The position numbers and the translations under genes are program-made. Below are positions 1 through 11,845 of a stretch of 64,000 nucleotides of DNA, in pieces (position 1 is the stretch's first letter; each line of letters begins with the position of its first letter). The notes beneath the pieces are model-generated. The model searched no databases and was not told the origin of the DNA. It saw nothing but the letters and a program-made list of their open reading frames with translations. Source of the DNA: Phycisphaerae bacterium (GTDB taxonomy: Bacteria; Planctomycetota; Phycisphaerae; UBA1845); the NCBI GenBank assembly GCA_963666835.2, contig CAXXGO010000003.1, forward strand, positions 416,001 to 480,000, given 5' to 3'.

Positions 1-2317
1 ACTCCGCCCGGGACTCAAACCAGAGAATGCCCTCGTCGTACTTGGCCATGAACTCGGCTTCTTCGAACTCGGATGGCCACGCGTCGCCGGCGGCATCGAG
101 ATGCGCTCGGGCTGCCTCCGCATCCCCGAGCCGGGCCTGGGCGTTGGCAATGATCAGGTGGTTGATAGCCGGGAGATCTCCGAGTTCAAGAGCCAACCGG
201 GCATGCTTAGCCGCCTCGGCGAATTCGCCACACCGCAACTGGGCCAAAGCTCGCATTCGCTTGGCCCGGGCGTTGGTCTCGTCGGCCAGGTGGTCAGCGA
301 CTTCGGCGTACTCCAAGGCGATCCTCCAATCGGACGGACCTTCACCCACAAGGCGGACCCGGGCGCGGAGAGTCAAGCTCGGAACATCGTCTCGTTTCAA
401 GTCGATTGCGTCGTGGACATGCTCGGCGGCGCTGTCCTCGTGGAGGTACAGTTCGAGGGCCGCCAAGTTCCGCCAGGCGTTGGCGCGATCCACGGGTCGG
501 TCCCTACCCACCTCCTCGGCAAGCCGCGCCCCCTCAATCAAGCACTCCAGGGCCTTCTCGAGGTCTCCGGCCATCGCAAAGTAAGCCCCGAGGTTTGACC
601 ATGCGGCATAGTGACCGGGATCCAGGTCAGTGACTCTCTTGGTCACTTCTATGGCCTCGGCATAGCGTTCCAGCTCTTTGAGGATGATCCCGCGATAGTT
701 CAAGGCCGTGAGGTTGTGTGGCTCGCGATCAAGAACCCGGCGACACAGTTCGTCGATCTCCTCGCGATAGTCCGTCGTCCGCAATTCGGGTTCGGTTTTG
801 AGTTTCTCGATCTTCATCCACGCAACGGCCAACATGGCCCGAACGTGGTCAGGGTCGATTTCCAGAGCCCTCGCAAAGTCGGCCCCGGCATCGCCCCACT
901 CCCCTCTTTCCCCGAAGGCAATCCCGCTCTCGATGAACGCCTTGATGTCAGCCTCTCGACCGTCCCGCCACAGCTTGACGCAAACGGCCCCCGCACCGGC
1001 CAACAGAACGACAGCCACTACAGCAACCACGGCAGCCTTGTGTCGCCGGGTGAACTTCATCAATCTCCGAGCGAGCCCCGGGCGCTTCGCGCGGATCGGC
1101 AGGTCGTTAATGTAGCAGCGCAGATCCTCGGCCAGAGCCCTTGCGGTGGCATAGCGCGCTTCCGGAGACTTCTCCAGAGTTTTGAGGCAAATAGTCTCCA
1201 GTTCCGGCGGGACTTGGTGATCGACCTTCCGCGGTCCGGCGGGATCGCGGGCAATGATCGCCCCGAGAATCTCCTTATCATCATCGCCCGGGAAGGCCGG
1301 CTGGAAGCACAACAGCTCGTACATCGTGGCCCCGAGCGAGTAGATGTCGGTGCGGTGATCGACGCGGACTCGCTTGGCCATCGCCTGCTCCGGGCTGATA
1401 TAGCGGAGGGTCCCGAGCAGCGAGCCGGTAAGCGTGAGCGATTCATCATCGACCACTTTCGCCAAACCGAAGTCGGCGATCATGATCCGCCCATCGGTGG
1501 ATAGAATCAGATTGGCAGGTTTGACGTCGCGATGGACGATACCCTCGCCGTGGGCGTAATGCAGGGCGTCCGCCGCGTCTGCCATCCAGCGGGCCACCTG
1601 CTGATAGTACGGCCGGCCGCGCCCGGTGGACGAGGAAGCGATGCTGCTGGGCGGCTCGTCAACGGAATCAGATTCCGGCTCGGGCGATGTCGCCGTCTCC
1701 TTGGGGTCCGCGATAGCAGTGTGCAAAGCCGTCGCCAGCCGGGTCGGACCGACATGCCCGATGTTCTGCTCGGCGAATCGACGGATCAGGACATTGAGCG
1801 CCTGCCCGGTGATCAACTCCATCGCGCAGTAGTACGCATCGCGTGATTCCCCGAAGTCGTAGATCGGAACAATGTTGGTGTGATGCAGACGGGCAGCGGC
1901 CGTTGCCTCCCGACGAAACCGAGTTACCGCCGAGGGGCTGGCCGTCCCGACGATGGCCGGCAGCACCTTCAGGGCCACCGTGCGGTTGAGCCGCGTCTGC
2001 ACGGCCCGATAGACGATCCCCATCCCGCCCTGTCCGACAATCCCCACAATGCGATAGCCGTCAATCTTCGGGAAGTGCTGAGCGACCTTGGCCGCAGGGG
2101 ATGTGTCGTCAACATCCTCCGGCCGTGGCGGAGTCGTCACGGTCTTCGACGCCACCTCCCCGTCGTTCGCAGATGCTTGCGATGATCTGTACTGTTCAAA
2201 GGCGATCCGGCAGGTTTCGCAGGTCTCGAGATGCGAACGAAGGGCGCCTTCCTCACCCTCGGCGAGTTCCCCGGAGGACAGCCGTTCGATTTCGGCCAGC
2301 GATAGGCATCTTGACAT
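1..2317 (-). CDS. Ser/Thr protein kinase with N-terminal zf-HC2 (anti-sigma-type zinc finger), TM segment and C-terminal TPR repeats; 3' end runs off the window
   Basis: Not in the ORF track (no stop in window). Manual translation from ATG 2317: MSRCLSLAEIERLSSGE...HLETCETC (HxxxCxxC), VGQGGMGIVY, VALKVL, HRDVKPAN, DFGLAK, GTLRYISPEQ, followed by TPR-like helices. Confidence 0.9.
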   Translation of the reverse strand, partial: MSRCLSLAEIERLSSGELAEGEEGALRSHLETCETCRIAFEQYRSSQASANDGEVASKTVTTPPRPEDVDDTSPAAKVAQHFPKIDGYRIVGIVGQGGMGIVYRAVQTRLNRTVALKVLPAIVGTASPSAVTRFRREATAAARLHHTNIVPIYDFGESRDAYYCAMELITGQALNVLIRRFAEQNIGHVGPTRLATALHTAIADPKETATSPEPESDSVDEPPSSIASSSTGRGRPYYQQVARWMADAADALHYAHGEGIVHRDVKPANLILSTDGRIMIADFGLAKVVDDESLTLTGSLLGTLRYISPEQAMAKRVRVDHRTDIYSLGATMYELLCFQPAFPGDDDKEILGAIIARDPAGPRKVDHQVPPELETICLKTLEKSPEARYATARALAEDLRCYINDLPIRAKRPGLARRLMKFTRRHKAAVVAVVAVVLLAGAGAVCVKLWRDGREADIKAFIESGIAFGERGEWGDAGADFARALEIDPDHVRAMLAVAWMKIEKLKTEPELRTTDYREEIDELCRRVLDREPHNLTALNYRGIILKELERYAEAIEVTKRVTDLDPGHYAAWSNLGAYFAMAGDLEKALECLIEGARLAEEVGRDRPVDRANAWRNLAALELYLHEDSAAEHVHDAIDLKRDDVPSLTLRARVRLVGEGPSDWRIALEYAEVADHLADETNARAKRMRALAQLRCGEFAEAAKHARLALELGDLPAINHLIIANAQARLGDAEAARAHLDAAGDAWPSEFEEAEFMAKYDEGILWFESRAE

Positions 2318-2694
2318 GTACAGTAGTCTGCCTCGCGCGGGGCCAGGGTGTCAAGCGCCAGCCGGCCGGGCGGCTCCAACGAGTAGCCACTGGCGGTCCT
2401 CGGTTGCCCTCTCGCCTTGACCGTCATTCGGAGTCAACGGCAGGGGCGGTCGGCCGACAATCGAGCCGGAAAGCACGCACCGACCGTGCTGCCTCCGGCC
2501 TTGACCATGTCGAAGCGCACCGCGAGTTTGCGGCACCTTGCCCCCTGCCCCGCCTCATACACGGCAGATTGACCGCCCCGCCGTCTTTCTCGGCCCGGCG
2601 GACCACACATACCCCCGAAGTCATAATACGCAGCTCTGCCGCATCTGACGGCGGTTCGGGCACGCGGGCCCCGCGTGGAAGACCGCCGTGTCCG

Positions 2695-5600
2695 CTATTT
2701 GCTGAACGCCGTCTGGAACTCGCCGAAGTCCTTCAGGTCGACGTCGTCGTCAGTGTCGACGTCAAACGCATTCGTGCACATATCCGGCGTGGCCGGCAGA
2801 CTCGGGTCAGGTGGGACTCCGGGGCCACCAAGACAATACGCGAGATCCGCGATGTCCACGTCACGGTCGAAATCGACGTCTCCGGCAATGGCCGGGTTGA
2901 TGACCGCCTGGTAGTGCGCGTTGTTTGTCTCGTCGAACTCGGGGATCTCGCCCAGATCGTCGGCCACGGCGTAGACCTCGACCGTCTCATCGGGAACCAG
3001 CCCCTCCGTATCCCAGATGAAAGCAACCTCGTGGGCGCCGTCGGCCACGATCGAGGTAACGCCGCTTCGGCCGATCTCCAGGGCCGTCTGCGCTCTCGAG
3101 TCGCCAGGACAGCTCGAACGATCCGGTCGGGATTACTCCCGGGTTCGTAACGCGAGCCATCAGCGCGACAGACGTATATGACACCTGGCTGTTCCAGCAG
3201 TTCTCAATCGCCAGGTCCGGCAGAACCACGTCAATCGACGTCGAATTGTTGCCGCGATCTCGATCAAGGAACCCAAGCGTCGGGTCGGCAACTACGTAGA
3301 TCTCGTGCGACATGGGGAAGCTCGGCACCTCCCACACAACCGACACATCGGCGCTCGATCCGCCAATCAACTCGTCAGGGATAGTCTCCACGGTGCCGAT
3401 CAGCGTCCCGCCACCGTCCGGATCACCATCGTAAAACGCATACTCGACGGATTGGGCAACTTGCTCCCCGCGATTCTCCACCGTGGCGCGGATCGTCGCC
3501 GACGTCCCCGGCTCCGGATTTGGCGGCTCGATCACAAGCGAGTCCGCCTCGACGGCCAAGTCATGCCCGAGCGTGTGCTTCAGAAGGCAAAGGTCCGTCC
3601 GTCCCGGTTGGGGCACGTCCTCCAGGTGATGTACCTCCCCGTCGAACTCGATGTCGACAGCGTTTCGCTCGGTCTGGGTCTTCAGATAGGCGATGGCCAA
3701 TTGCACGCCGTCGCACGCGAGCGAAAGCGCGCTCTCGGCGTGTTCATCCTGCGTGAGCTGCCGGGGAAGCGACCACGTATCGAGCGTCAGATCGTAAAAC
3801 GCCGCGACGATATCCACGCCTTCCGGACCCTGGCTCGCATACGCAATCGCCGCTCCGCCACGCATAGTGACGCCATCGAGCGACGGGGCCTCGTTGGCCA
3901 GCGTGTCCTCGGCGTAGACCGGACGCGGATCCCAGACATCGAACTCCGTGTACATCACTGTCGCCCCCGATGCCCAGACACAGATGATCTCCCCGTCCGG
4001 GGCGACCAGCACCGGCAGCGCGTCCTCCACGGTGTCGTCAGTCAACCGCACGGCCGACTGCCATATTCCGTCTGCGGTTTCGACACCGTATAGCTCGCGG
4101 TCAGCCGTCGTATCGAGATCCCCGTCCTGGTCAACAGCAAACACGAGGTGCCCCTCGCCATCGTAATCACTGATGAAGGCGTGGCCGAGAATCCCGTTCG
4201 GGCCGGACCACAACATCTGCGGAGCGGACCAGTCGCTGCCGTCCCACTCGGCGAACATCAGGCGGTCGCCCGACGTCGCATGCCCCAGGCTCGCGTCGGC
4301 CTCGTTCTGGATCCAGATAACACCGGTTCTGCTTCCCATACGCGTCGGGTGCGGAGCCCGGTCTACAACATCATTGTCCACAACCAGAACCGGTGGGGCC
4401 CATTGCTCGGTGGCACGGTCAAACCACGACGCGGCGATCTCCAGATGTGGCGCGACGTCACCCGGGTCCTCCGCCGCCGAGACATCGCCATCAACCTGTT
4501 CCCACACCGCAAGGTCGGAGTTCCCGTCCACCGCATCGAGTGCCGGACCGAAGTCAGCCACGCTATCGTCCGCGATACGCTCCATCGTCCACGGCGCCCC
4601 GCCTACCGAGCGGATGGACGCGATGTCCGTGGCCTGGTGCCACGGCTTGTCGGGGTCGTGCATGGCGAAGGTGACGTGCGTTTCAGTCGATTCCGTGAGC
4701 AGCGATGGTTCCGCCAGTTGAGTCACGTTCTCCACGAGCGTTTCCTCCAGCACGCGCCCGCTCTTCTCTATGGAATCCGACCCCGGCAGCCGCCGGGCTC
4801 TACCGTTCGCGATCCGGTTGGCATCACCCCAACGCAATGCCTCCGAGCCGATGGGCCGCCATTTGCCGTTTAGCGACGGCTCATCCACCAGCACTCCGTT
4901 GACGATCAGCCCCTTCCCGCAATCGCCGAAGCAGAGTTCGGCACCAACCTCCGTGGAGTGCTTGAACAGCCAGGACTTGGCGAAAACACCCACATAAGCC
5001 CGGAGTTTGACGCTGTTGAACTCCAGGTCGGGGCAGATCTCGAACTCCGGTGTCCCCGTTCCACCGGCATAGACGCCGGCCTCGGCGCCGAATAGCTCCA
5101 AAGCTGCTTGCGCTTCGATCCCCATCATCCCGGAGATCGTCAGCTCATCCGCGCCGAGGAAGCAACCCGGACTTCCCTCGCTGTCGAAGTACTCACCCGC
5201 AACGGCTACGCCGCCGAGCACGTATACCTTGACCTTGAGCGCACCAACAACCTCTCTGACGACCGGCACAATAAGCAGTCCGTGGACGGCCGGTGCCGCA
5301 GGTGGGAAGATCACATCGACAGCCAAGACTACCGCCGCCCCCACGCCAGCTTTCCCAGTGAAGGACGCCTCCCACCCGGCCGTGACCTCAGGATCGTCGC
5401 AGCCGGCCAGGGAGATATCCAGGTGACCCGACAGATCGACCTCCGCACCGCCGATGAAGTTGAACCCGTGGCCAGGCACGGGGCATTCGAATTCCAGTCC
5501 GCCGGCGCCGGCCAATGTGCCGCTGAACGTCGCCCCGAGCAGGTCGTAACCCAAGCCGGCGGTAGCTCCAAGCGAGGCCGTCAGTTCCAAGTCCTCGCCC

Positions 5601-7339
5601 CCAATCGGAAGATCCCAATCGTGGGAGATCTCGTACGAGTGGCTGAGCGTCGCACCGTCGAGCGTCCACCAGATGTTGTCCTGATACCATGGGATGACGA
5701 TGCCGGGAATCGGCGATACGTGTACGCCCGTGTCAAACCAGGTCGTCTCTCCCTCGCCGTTGACCACTTCGACCTGCACTTCGCTACATAACCCGACCGC
5801 CGACGGCGCCGCGAGGGTCAAGGACGCCTGCGCAAGGCCACCACCCAGCTCGCTTACCGTAGCCTCTACTCGCACCCCGTTTACGTGGTAGAACACCGAC
5901 CCCGGCGAGCCGTTCCACGCCACGGCCACCTCGAACGTAACATCCCCCGGCATCCCCTCGATCAAGTGGTTGCCGCTGGGTGAGCGGAAATCAAACGCGC
6001 CCGGAGTATCACCCGACGACTCCGTCAAGAGCTGGAACGTCTCGTGCCGCGTTTGTCCTTCGAGGAGGTTCAGCTCGCGACTCACCGCGTGATACCCCGG
6101 CTTGCTGACAGTCAGCGTGAGCGGCCCGGGATCCAGTTGATCGAACGAGAACTGGCCGTCCTCCGACGTATCTTCTTCGGGACCATCTGTCACCGTTACT
6201 GTCGCTCCACCCAACGGCCCGCGAACCAGCCCCTGTGCGTCTACCTCCACGACTACACCCGCGAGAACGGACTCGTCGTGGATACTCGCACGCCTCTCGA
6301 TGATACCCCGACTTTCCGTCCATGAGTAATCGTCAAACCAGCCATCCGGATACGGACAGCCTTGCGTACAGTAGTTGATCGCAGCGTAGTTCTCGCCTGG
6401 TAGCGTACCATTCGGTTCGCCCGGATACCAATTCGTATATATGACCTCTTCACCACTGCTCCACTCCCATCCGCCGCGGGGCTCCGAGTACCCGGCATGG
6501 TCAGGATGTTGGTGCATGCCAATCCAGAGCCACTCGTCCGTTCCGAAGGTGTTCTGCAGCCACGTCTCCTCGGCCGCCGAGCGCAGGGTGGCAAGATGCG
6601 CCCCCCACGTGTTGACAGCTTCAGACTCCGCGTCCTCCCAAGTCATTGCGGTATCGGTCAGGCGAAAACAACGATCGTTCGCCGGATTGTGAATCCAGCC
6701 AGGTTCACATGCCCCACCGCCATCAGCCCGCCCGTACTGGACATGGTCAATCTTCCAGTCCGTAGCTTCTTCCTGAACACTGCGCAGGATAATCCTTGAG
6801 ATCCCCCCGGGATGGTAGACGCCGAAGAAGCGATCCTCAGCGGTCCCACCTGCGTTGGAGCCGTCGCCAACCGGTTTCGGGCCTTTCGTTCCGAGCGACA
6901 TCCCGGTTGAGTCGAACGCTTCGAACTCTACATGATCTTCGCAGTCACCCCCCACGTCTGTCCACACCACGCCAGCGCAAGTTGGAAGACTCCCTAAGGC
7001 GACCCCGTCGAACGTAAGTGTGAACTCAGCGGCATAGGGGTTGTACGAGTGACCGGCGGTGCCGGACTGATCGATCACACCGTCATCCTCATCGACGGAA
7101 TCTGTGGTATCTCCGGGCTGTATCACGGCACCCGGGTGTGCTGGTGAGACGCCCGGCTCATTGAAGGAATCGTCCTCAAAGTTCTCAAGGTGGAAGTAGC
7201 TGAAACTCGTACCTGCGAATGGGCTGTCGCCAAACTCGGCGTAGGGCGAGGGCCCGAAGAAGGTCGCCGCCAAAACCGACGACGGCGTCACTAGCAGCAC
7301 TGAGCTGCCCATAAGGTAGAGCACTACCCGGGTTATCAT
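2695..7339 (-). pseudogene. Large secreted multidomain protein (signal peptide, C-type lectin, carboxypeptidase-regulatory-like, CARDB x2, C-terminal dockerin-like), split by a 1-nt frameshift near 3080
   Basis: ATG 7339 has AAGGAG upstream. C-lectin motifs WEDAE, WIG, EPNG..ENY. The 1567-aa ORF loses the CARDB pattern after 'ESADGP' while ORF 2695..3048 continues it in another frame (EIGRSGVTSIVADGAHEV...EFDETNN...GDVDFDRDVDIADL). May be a sequencing error rather than a true pseudogene. Confidence 0.75.
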
Positions 7340-7739
7340 ATCTTCGCTCCTTCTTCGAAACGTACATGGCCGCCAGGACTGGTCAGCGGCGAGGACCTTG
7401 TCATGCAGAACATCCATAGGTCTTTCCCATTGACCGACGTTTGTCGGATACGGTACTTCAAGCTGCCAACGCGTCCGGAACAACGACCGGTCGCCGCCGA
7501 CGTCAAGGCACATCGCCTCCCGCCCGCCCTCACACGGGTCAGGCTGCCCGTTTTTGGTCTTTCTCGACCTGCCGGGCCAACCACACGCCGGAGCCCAGAA
7601 TACGACGCTCTGACGGTCGTGATGACGGGGTCCGGTGTTACTCCGTGAAGAGGTTCGTCGACTCCACCGAATGGCGTGCTTCACGCCCATTCCTCAGACC
7701 CACCTGACCCACATCCGCAATCCCTCTCCGCTGTTCCAA

Positions 7740-10700
7740 TCAGTCCACGACGTGGAAATCGGTGTTCGAGAAGTTCTCCAAGTCCGCCAACGTTGTGATA
7801 CTCGTGAGGTTCGCCATGATCTGGTCGGTGTTTCCGTCGATATTCACGTCGGTACCCAGCGTCGTCGTGAAGTACATCCGCGCGTAACCCTGCGTAGAGT
7901 CGAAGTAGATCACGACCGCGTCATTGGCGGAGGTCGAGCCCGCGACAACCGCGTCCTCGGCCGCACCCGCCGTAGCGTACGACGCACTCGTAACCACCAC
8001 TACCTGGTACGTCGTCGCCCCGAGTGTGGCAGGAGCACCTTCGTAGTAGTTTGTGCTGGTAACCGCACCCCCACCACCCCAGGCCGTGCCGAAGTAGTTG
8101 CTCTTGTCGAACTGTAAGTAGTCCGTGCCCGGAGTGAAGTCAGTAATCGTGTTCGTGCCCGCGGCGTATTGGGCGTTGTCCGTAAAATCCAGGAAGTGGA
8201 AGAAGTCCTGGCCAGGACCGCCTGTAAGGATGTCGTTGCCCCGACCACCGCATACCACGTCCTGACCGTCGCCGCCGTTGATGGTGTCCGCATTCCCGGA
8301 GCCTATCAGGGTGTCGTCACCGCTTCCGCCAACGATGCTTCCGCTGCCGCTCGCCACCATCGGAGCGGTCAGAGTCATCCTCAGGTCATGTGCGAAACCC
8401 GAGGCATCGATTCTGTCGGCCGTAACCGCACCCGTTATCGTGAGTGCCTCCGTACCGGTAACGACGACAGTCTCGAACGCGGCCGTGTTCGTCATGGTCA
8501 GCGCGCCGCCGATCACATTGACGCCCCCGCCGTCAGCCGCCGCACCCGAGACGTTCACGTCGGAGACCAGATTGAGGTTCTCGACACCCGTCATCGTGAT
8601 GGCCGCCGCCCCAAAGTCGTGGTCGGCCAAGACAAGCGTCATCGTGTCCGCGATTCCGCTGCCCGGGATGATGAACGACCGGGCGTTGGCGGTACTGTCC
8701 ATGCCGTCCTCGCAGACGACGGTCGTGCCGCTTGGTACCGTCAGACTAGTATTGTTGCCGAAACCGTTCTCTACCGTGAACGTGCCGATGTCACCCCACC
8801 AAGACGTATTGATCCACCCGGATAAGGGGTCTGTTATTCGCAACGCCTCGATACTCGTGGCGACGTTGGTACCCGGAACGGTTTCCGTGGCATTGTCGGC
8901 ATCGGCGGAAGATAGACGAAGGGTGTCGGTACCCTCGCCACCGTCAACGGTGTCGCGCATGGCGGTCGGCGTAATAAGGAACTCGCCGGGGCTGAACGTG
9001 AACTGGTCATCGCCGGGACCGCCGGTTACGGTCATGATCCCGCTGCCGGTTCCGATCTTCAGATTCCCGGCCGTCATCCCGCTTCCGTCAATTGTCGTTA
9101 CCTGATCCGGGAAGTCTGCGGTGACGGTAAGATCCTGATCACCGGTGACCACCACGGACGCCCAGGTGATACCGGTTGTCATCGGAATGGCGTCGAGGAC
9201 ATTCGGTGAACCCGTGGAGGCAATCGACATTGCCTCGATGCCGTTGGCTGCACCGGTCGTGATGCCCAGCGTCGAACCTGGCCTCGCCCCGGAGAGGGTG
9301 ACGGCCATGGCATCGTCCGGGCCGCTCGTCGCAGCAGCATCGAACATGAGCCACAGGTCCGCCGAAGTCCCCGTCAGGCCGCAATCGACCAACGTCGGCA
9401 AGACGTTGACCATTACGTTCGAGGAGCTGTCGACGCTGTTTATCGTAGTCACCCCGGAGAACTTGTTACCATTAAGCGTGGTTACTGCGGTGCCGGTATC
9501 CGAGATGCTGATCGTCTCGATATCCGTGATGGTCGGCGTTACGGTTTTCACCGCCGCGTGTTCGAACTCGACCTTCAGCACATCGCTACCGTCGCCTCCG
9601 TCAAGCGTATCTTGCGTCTGCAACGTCGCCACAAACGTGCCCGAATCGAACTCGACGAAGGCGTTGAAGATGTCGTCCCCGCAGCCCCCGGTGAACTCAT
9701 CGCGGTTGAGCGTGAGATCGTAGATCTCGGTTACGCAGGTGGTATCGACGCACTCATTGTTGTCGTCGCACTCTTCACCCTCACCGGTGCAATCGGCATC
9801 GGTCAGGCACTCGACGCAACCGCCGGTGTCCTCGTTGCAGAGCAGGCCTTCGCCGCAATTGTCGGTGAAATCACAGAGTCCGTCCTCGCCACACGTATCG
9901 TCAGTGCAAGCAACCCCGTCATCACAGTCCTCATCCCCAAAACAAGAAGGACCTTCCGCAACCCGAAAACCAACCGTGCGAAACTCGTCCGCGGGGTAGT
10001 CGCCGTCGCGGTACGCTGCCTGCATACCGTAGCCGTCGAAGTCGAACGACCCGCCGCGCAGACCACGAGACGAACCGGAGATCATCGCCTCATTCCACTC
10101 CCAGACGTTCCCGCCTTGGTCAAAGGTGCCGTACGGGCTATCTGACGGTTCGGCGTCGTACGCCCCAACCTCAGTCCGGAAGTACGGGCTGCCTATCGCA
10201 TAACCGGTATCGAAGTCATAGTAGTTCGCTGAGCCGTTCGCCTGGTCTGTGCCCGGAGGAACCTCCGACGTCGGCGTCATGTCCGGCCCCGTCGGATAAT
10301 TCCAGTAGTTGCTTGTGGGCCCGTCATTCTTGTGGTACGCCGCCTTGTACCACTCGTCCTCTGACGGAATCACCCATGTGGCCCCCGGTTCGCGCGTTAC
10401 TGTCATCAGATCAGCGTCAATCGTCGCCCCATCGAGGAAGTATGACCCATCCTCCGTCGTAGTCAGATCCTGATCTCCAACCGGCTGGCCATTGTGCATC
10501 CAGTTGCAGAACCGGGCGGCATCGCCCCAGGAAACGAAGTTCACTGGACGGTTGGCCCATTCGCTAACCACCGAGTAGTTGTAGCCCCCCGGCTTTGGCA
10601 ACGATCGGCGGATCTTGCAGCCGAAGCTGCTCGACCACATGTCCGGGTTATACAGATCGTAGGTGTCCGTCGCCGCTACGGCGTTAAGGAACTCCGTGTA

Positions 10701-11066
10701 CTGCCCAGCGGTCACCTCGAACTTGCCGATGCTGTAGACGTAGGCCACTGCGCCATAAACATGGTCTGGGCTCCAATCGCCGGGGTTTCCGGGATTGCCG
10801 ACGGTAACGGTGTCAATCACGACGGGAGGCGCCAACGGGCCGGTGAACCCCTCCAGAAAGAGGGCGTAATCCTCTACGTCAGTGTCGCAGTCCTTATCGA
10901 TGTCGCCCAGGGGACGTCCCTCCGCATCCACCGCGGTGCCCGCGGGTGTCTTGTCGCAGAGGTCCAAGGCGTCCTCCACACCGTCGCCATCAACATCGCT
11001 GGCCCATGCCCCCGATACGCAGAACACCGCCGACAACAACGCTGGAACGAAACCGTGATGCGACAT
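7740..11066 (-). CDS. Secreted protein: TSP3/dockerin-like N-terminus, FGE-sulfatase (SUMF1/CLec-fold) domain, Cys-rich repeats, C-terminal RTX/S-layer (RsaA-like) beta-helix region
   Basis: GGAGGG SD 6 nt before ATG 11066, then a signal peptide. FGE motifs IGKFEVTAGQY, RPVNFVSW, EDEWYKAAY, DQGGNVWEW, RGGSF..GFRV. RTX nonapeptides GGSGDDTL, GGDGQDVV, GGRGNDIL. Confidence 0.85.
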   Translation of the reverse strand: MSHHGFVPALLSAVFCVSGAWASDVDGDGVEDALDLCDKTPAGTAVDAEGRPLGDIDKDCDTDVEDYALFLEGFTGPLAPPVVIDTVTVGNPGNPGDWSPDHVYGAVAYVYSIGKFEVTAGQYTEFLNAVAATDTYDLYNPDMWSSSFGCKIRRSLPKPGGYNYSVVSEWANRPVNFVSWGDAARFCNWMHNGQPVGDQDLTTTEDGSYFLDGATIDADLMTVTREPGATWVIPSEDEWYKAAYHKNDGPTSNYWNYPTGPDMTPTSEVPPGTDQANGSANYYDFDTGYAIGSPYFRTEVGAYDAEPSDSPYGTFDQGGNVWEWNEAMISGSSRGLRGGSFDFDGYGMQAAYRDGDYPADEFRTVGFRVAEGPSCFGDEDCDDGVACTDDTCGEDGLCDFTDNCGEGLLCNEDTGGCVECLTDADCTGEGEECDDNNECVDTTCVTEIYDLTLNRDEFTGGCGDDIFNAFVEFDSGTFVATLQTQDTLDGGDGSDVLKVEFEHAAVKTVTPTITDIETISISDTGTAVTTLNGNKFSGVTTINSVDSSSNVMVNVLPTLVDCGLTGTSADLWLMFDAAATSGPDDAMAVTLSGARPGSTLGITTGAANGIEAMSIASTGSPNVLDAIPMTTGITWASVVVTGDQDLTVTADFPDQVTTIDGSGMTAGNLKIGTGSGIMTVTGGPGDDQFTFSPGEFLITPTAMRDTVDGGEGTDTLRLSSADADNATETVPGTNVATSIEALRITDPLSGWINTSWWGDIGTFTVENGFGNNTSLTVPSGTTVVCEDGMDSTANARSFIIPGSGIADTMTLVLADHDFGAAAITMTGVENLNLVSDVNVSGAAADGGGVNVIGGALTMTNTAAFETVVVTGTEALTITGAVTADRIDASGFAHDLRMTLTAPMVASGSGSIVGGSGDDTLIGSGNADTINGGDGQDVVCGGRGNDILTGGPGQDFFHFLDFTDNAQYAAGTNTITDFTPGTDYLQFDKSNYFGTAWGGGGAVTSTNYYEGAPATLGATTYQVVVVTSASYATAGAAEDAVVAGSTSANDAVVIYFDSTQGYARMYFTTTLGTDVNIDGNTDQIMANLTSITTLADLENFSNTDFHVVD

Positions 11067-11195
11067 CGCCATCCCTCCGAAAGACAAGACCCGCACAGCC
11101 GGTGAGGCGGCAGAGCCCCGACGGAGGCTGCGCGATAGGTGAAACCCCAGGATACCGAACGCGTCTGGAGAACTCAACCGCCGCAAAGTACTACT
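11067..11195 (-). promoter_or_regulatory. Conserved promoter/5' leader, copy 1
   Basis: Minus-strand AGTAGTACT lies exactly 120 nt before the start codon. Homologous to the copies at 16301-16429 and 30132-30260. Confidence 0.7.
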
Positions 11196-11845
11196 GAACC
11201 CGGCTGAGGGATTCGATCGGCCGACCTACTCGCAGCCTGGGTTGCCTCACGTATCGAGGCCAACGCCAGATTCGGGCTGAACGCGCCATCTGGCACGACT
11301 GACGGTCGAGTTGGAATAGACTCGCGGATCATCGTCCCAACCGTCCCGTGCGTCCCGAATCCCGCACGAGTATCCCGCCAAGCCGCACCGGCCGGGACGG
11401 AACAACATGCGGCGGGACGGACCCGCGGGAAGCCAAGCACCCCCGCCCCCGTGTTCTTCCCCAACAAGAGCGGACGGGTGTGCCAACGGAAGAGGTACGC
11501 CCGCCTGCGCGCTGCCGGAATCCCCGGCCGTGTTGTACGTTGCGCTGCCTACCTCACAGAACGTCGCCCCGTGCCCCGCACCAGGCCCGTCAGATTGGTC
11601 GTTCTGCGGCTCTCTCGACGCGGCGGGCCATCCATACCTGTCAGGCCGCCATACCAGGCTGTGACGTGCGTGACGGTGGGTTCAGGCTCTTAGGGCGTCT
11701 CAGAACAGGCGAAGCCGCTAGTCGCCCAACGACGTTCGCTCCAATCGGCAACCGCGGCGAGCTGACGTTGGACGCCGGAAACCCCGGTGTCCCGGAGTTC
11801 CCGGCGCCAATGAGATTGCCCGGCCGGGCAGCGCCCTTTCAAGCC

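Noticed and set aside
2318..2694. ECF sigma factor partner for the zf-HC2 kinase
   Set aside because: No sigma-like ORF lies upstream in the window.
7340..7690. N-terminal extensions given by the ORF track (also 11067-11186, 30132-30251, 57367-57669, 60586-60687)
   Set aside because: Downstream starts have SD sequences and/or begin at the signal peptide, first TM or catalytic domain, so they are more credible.
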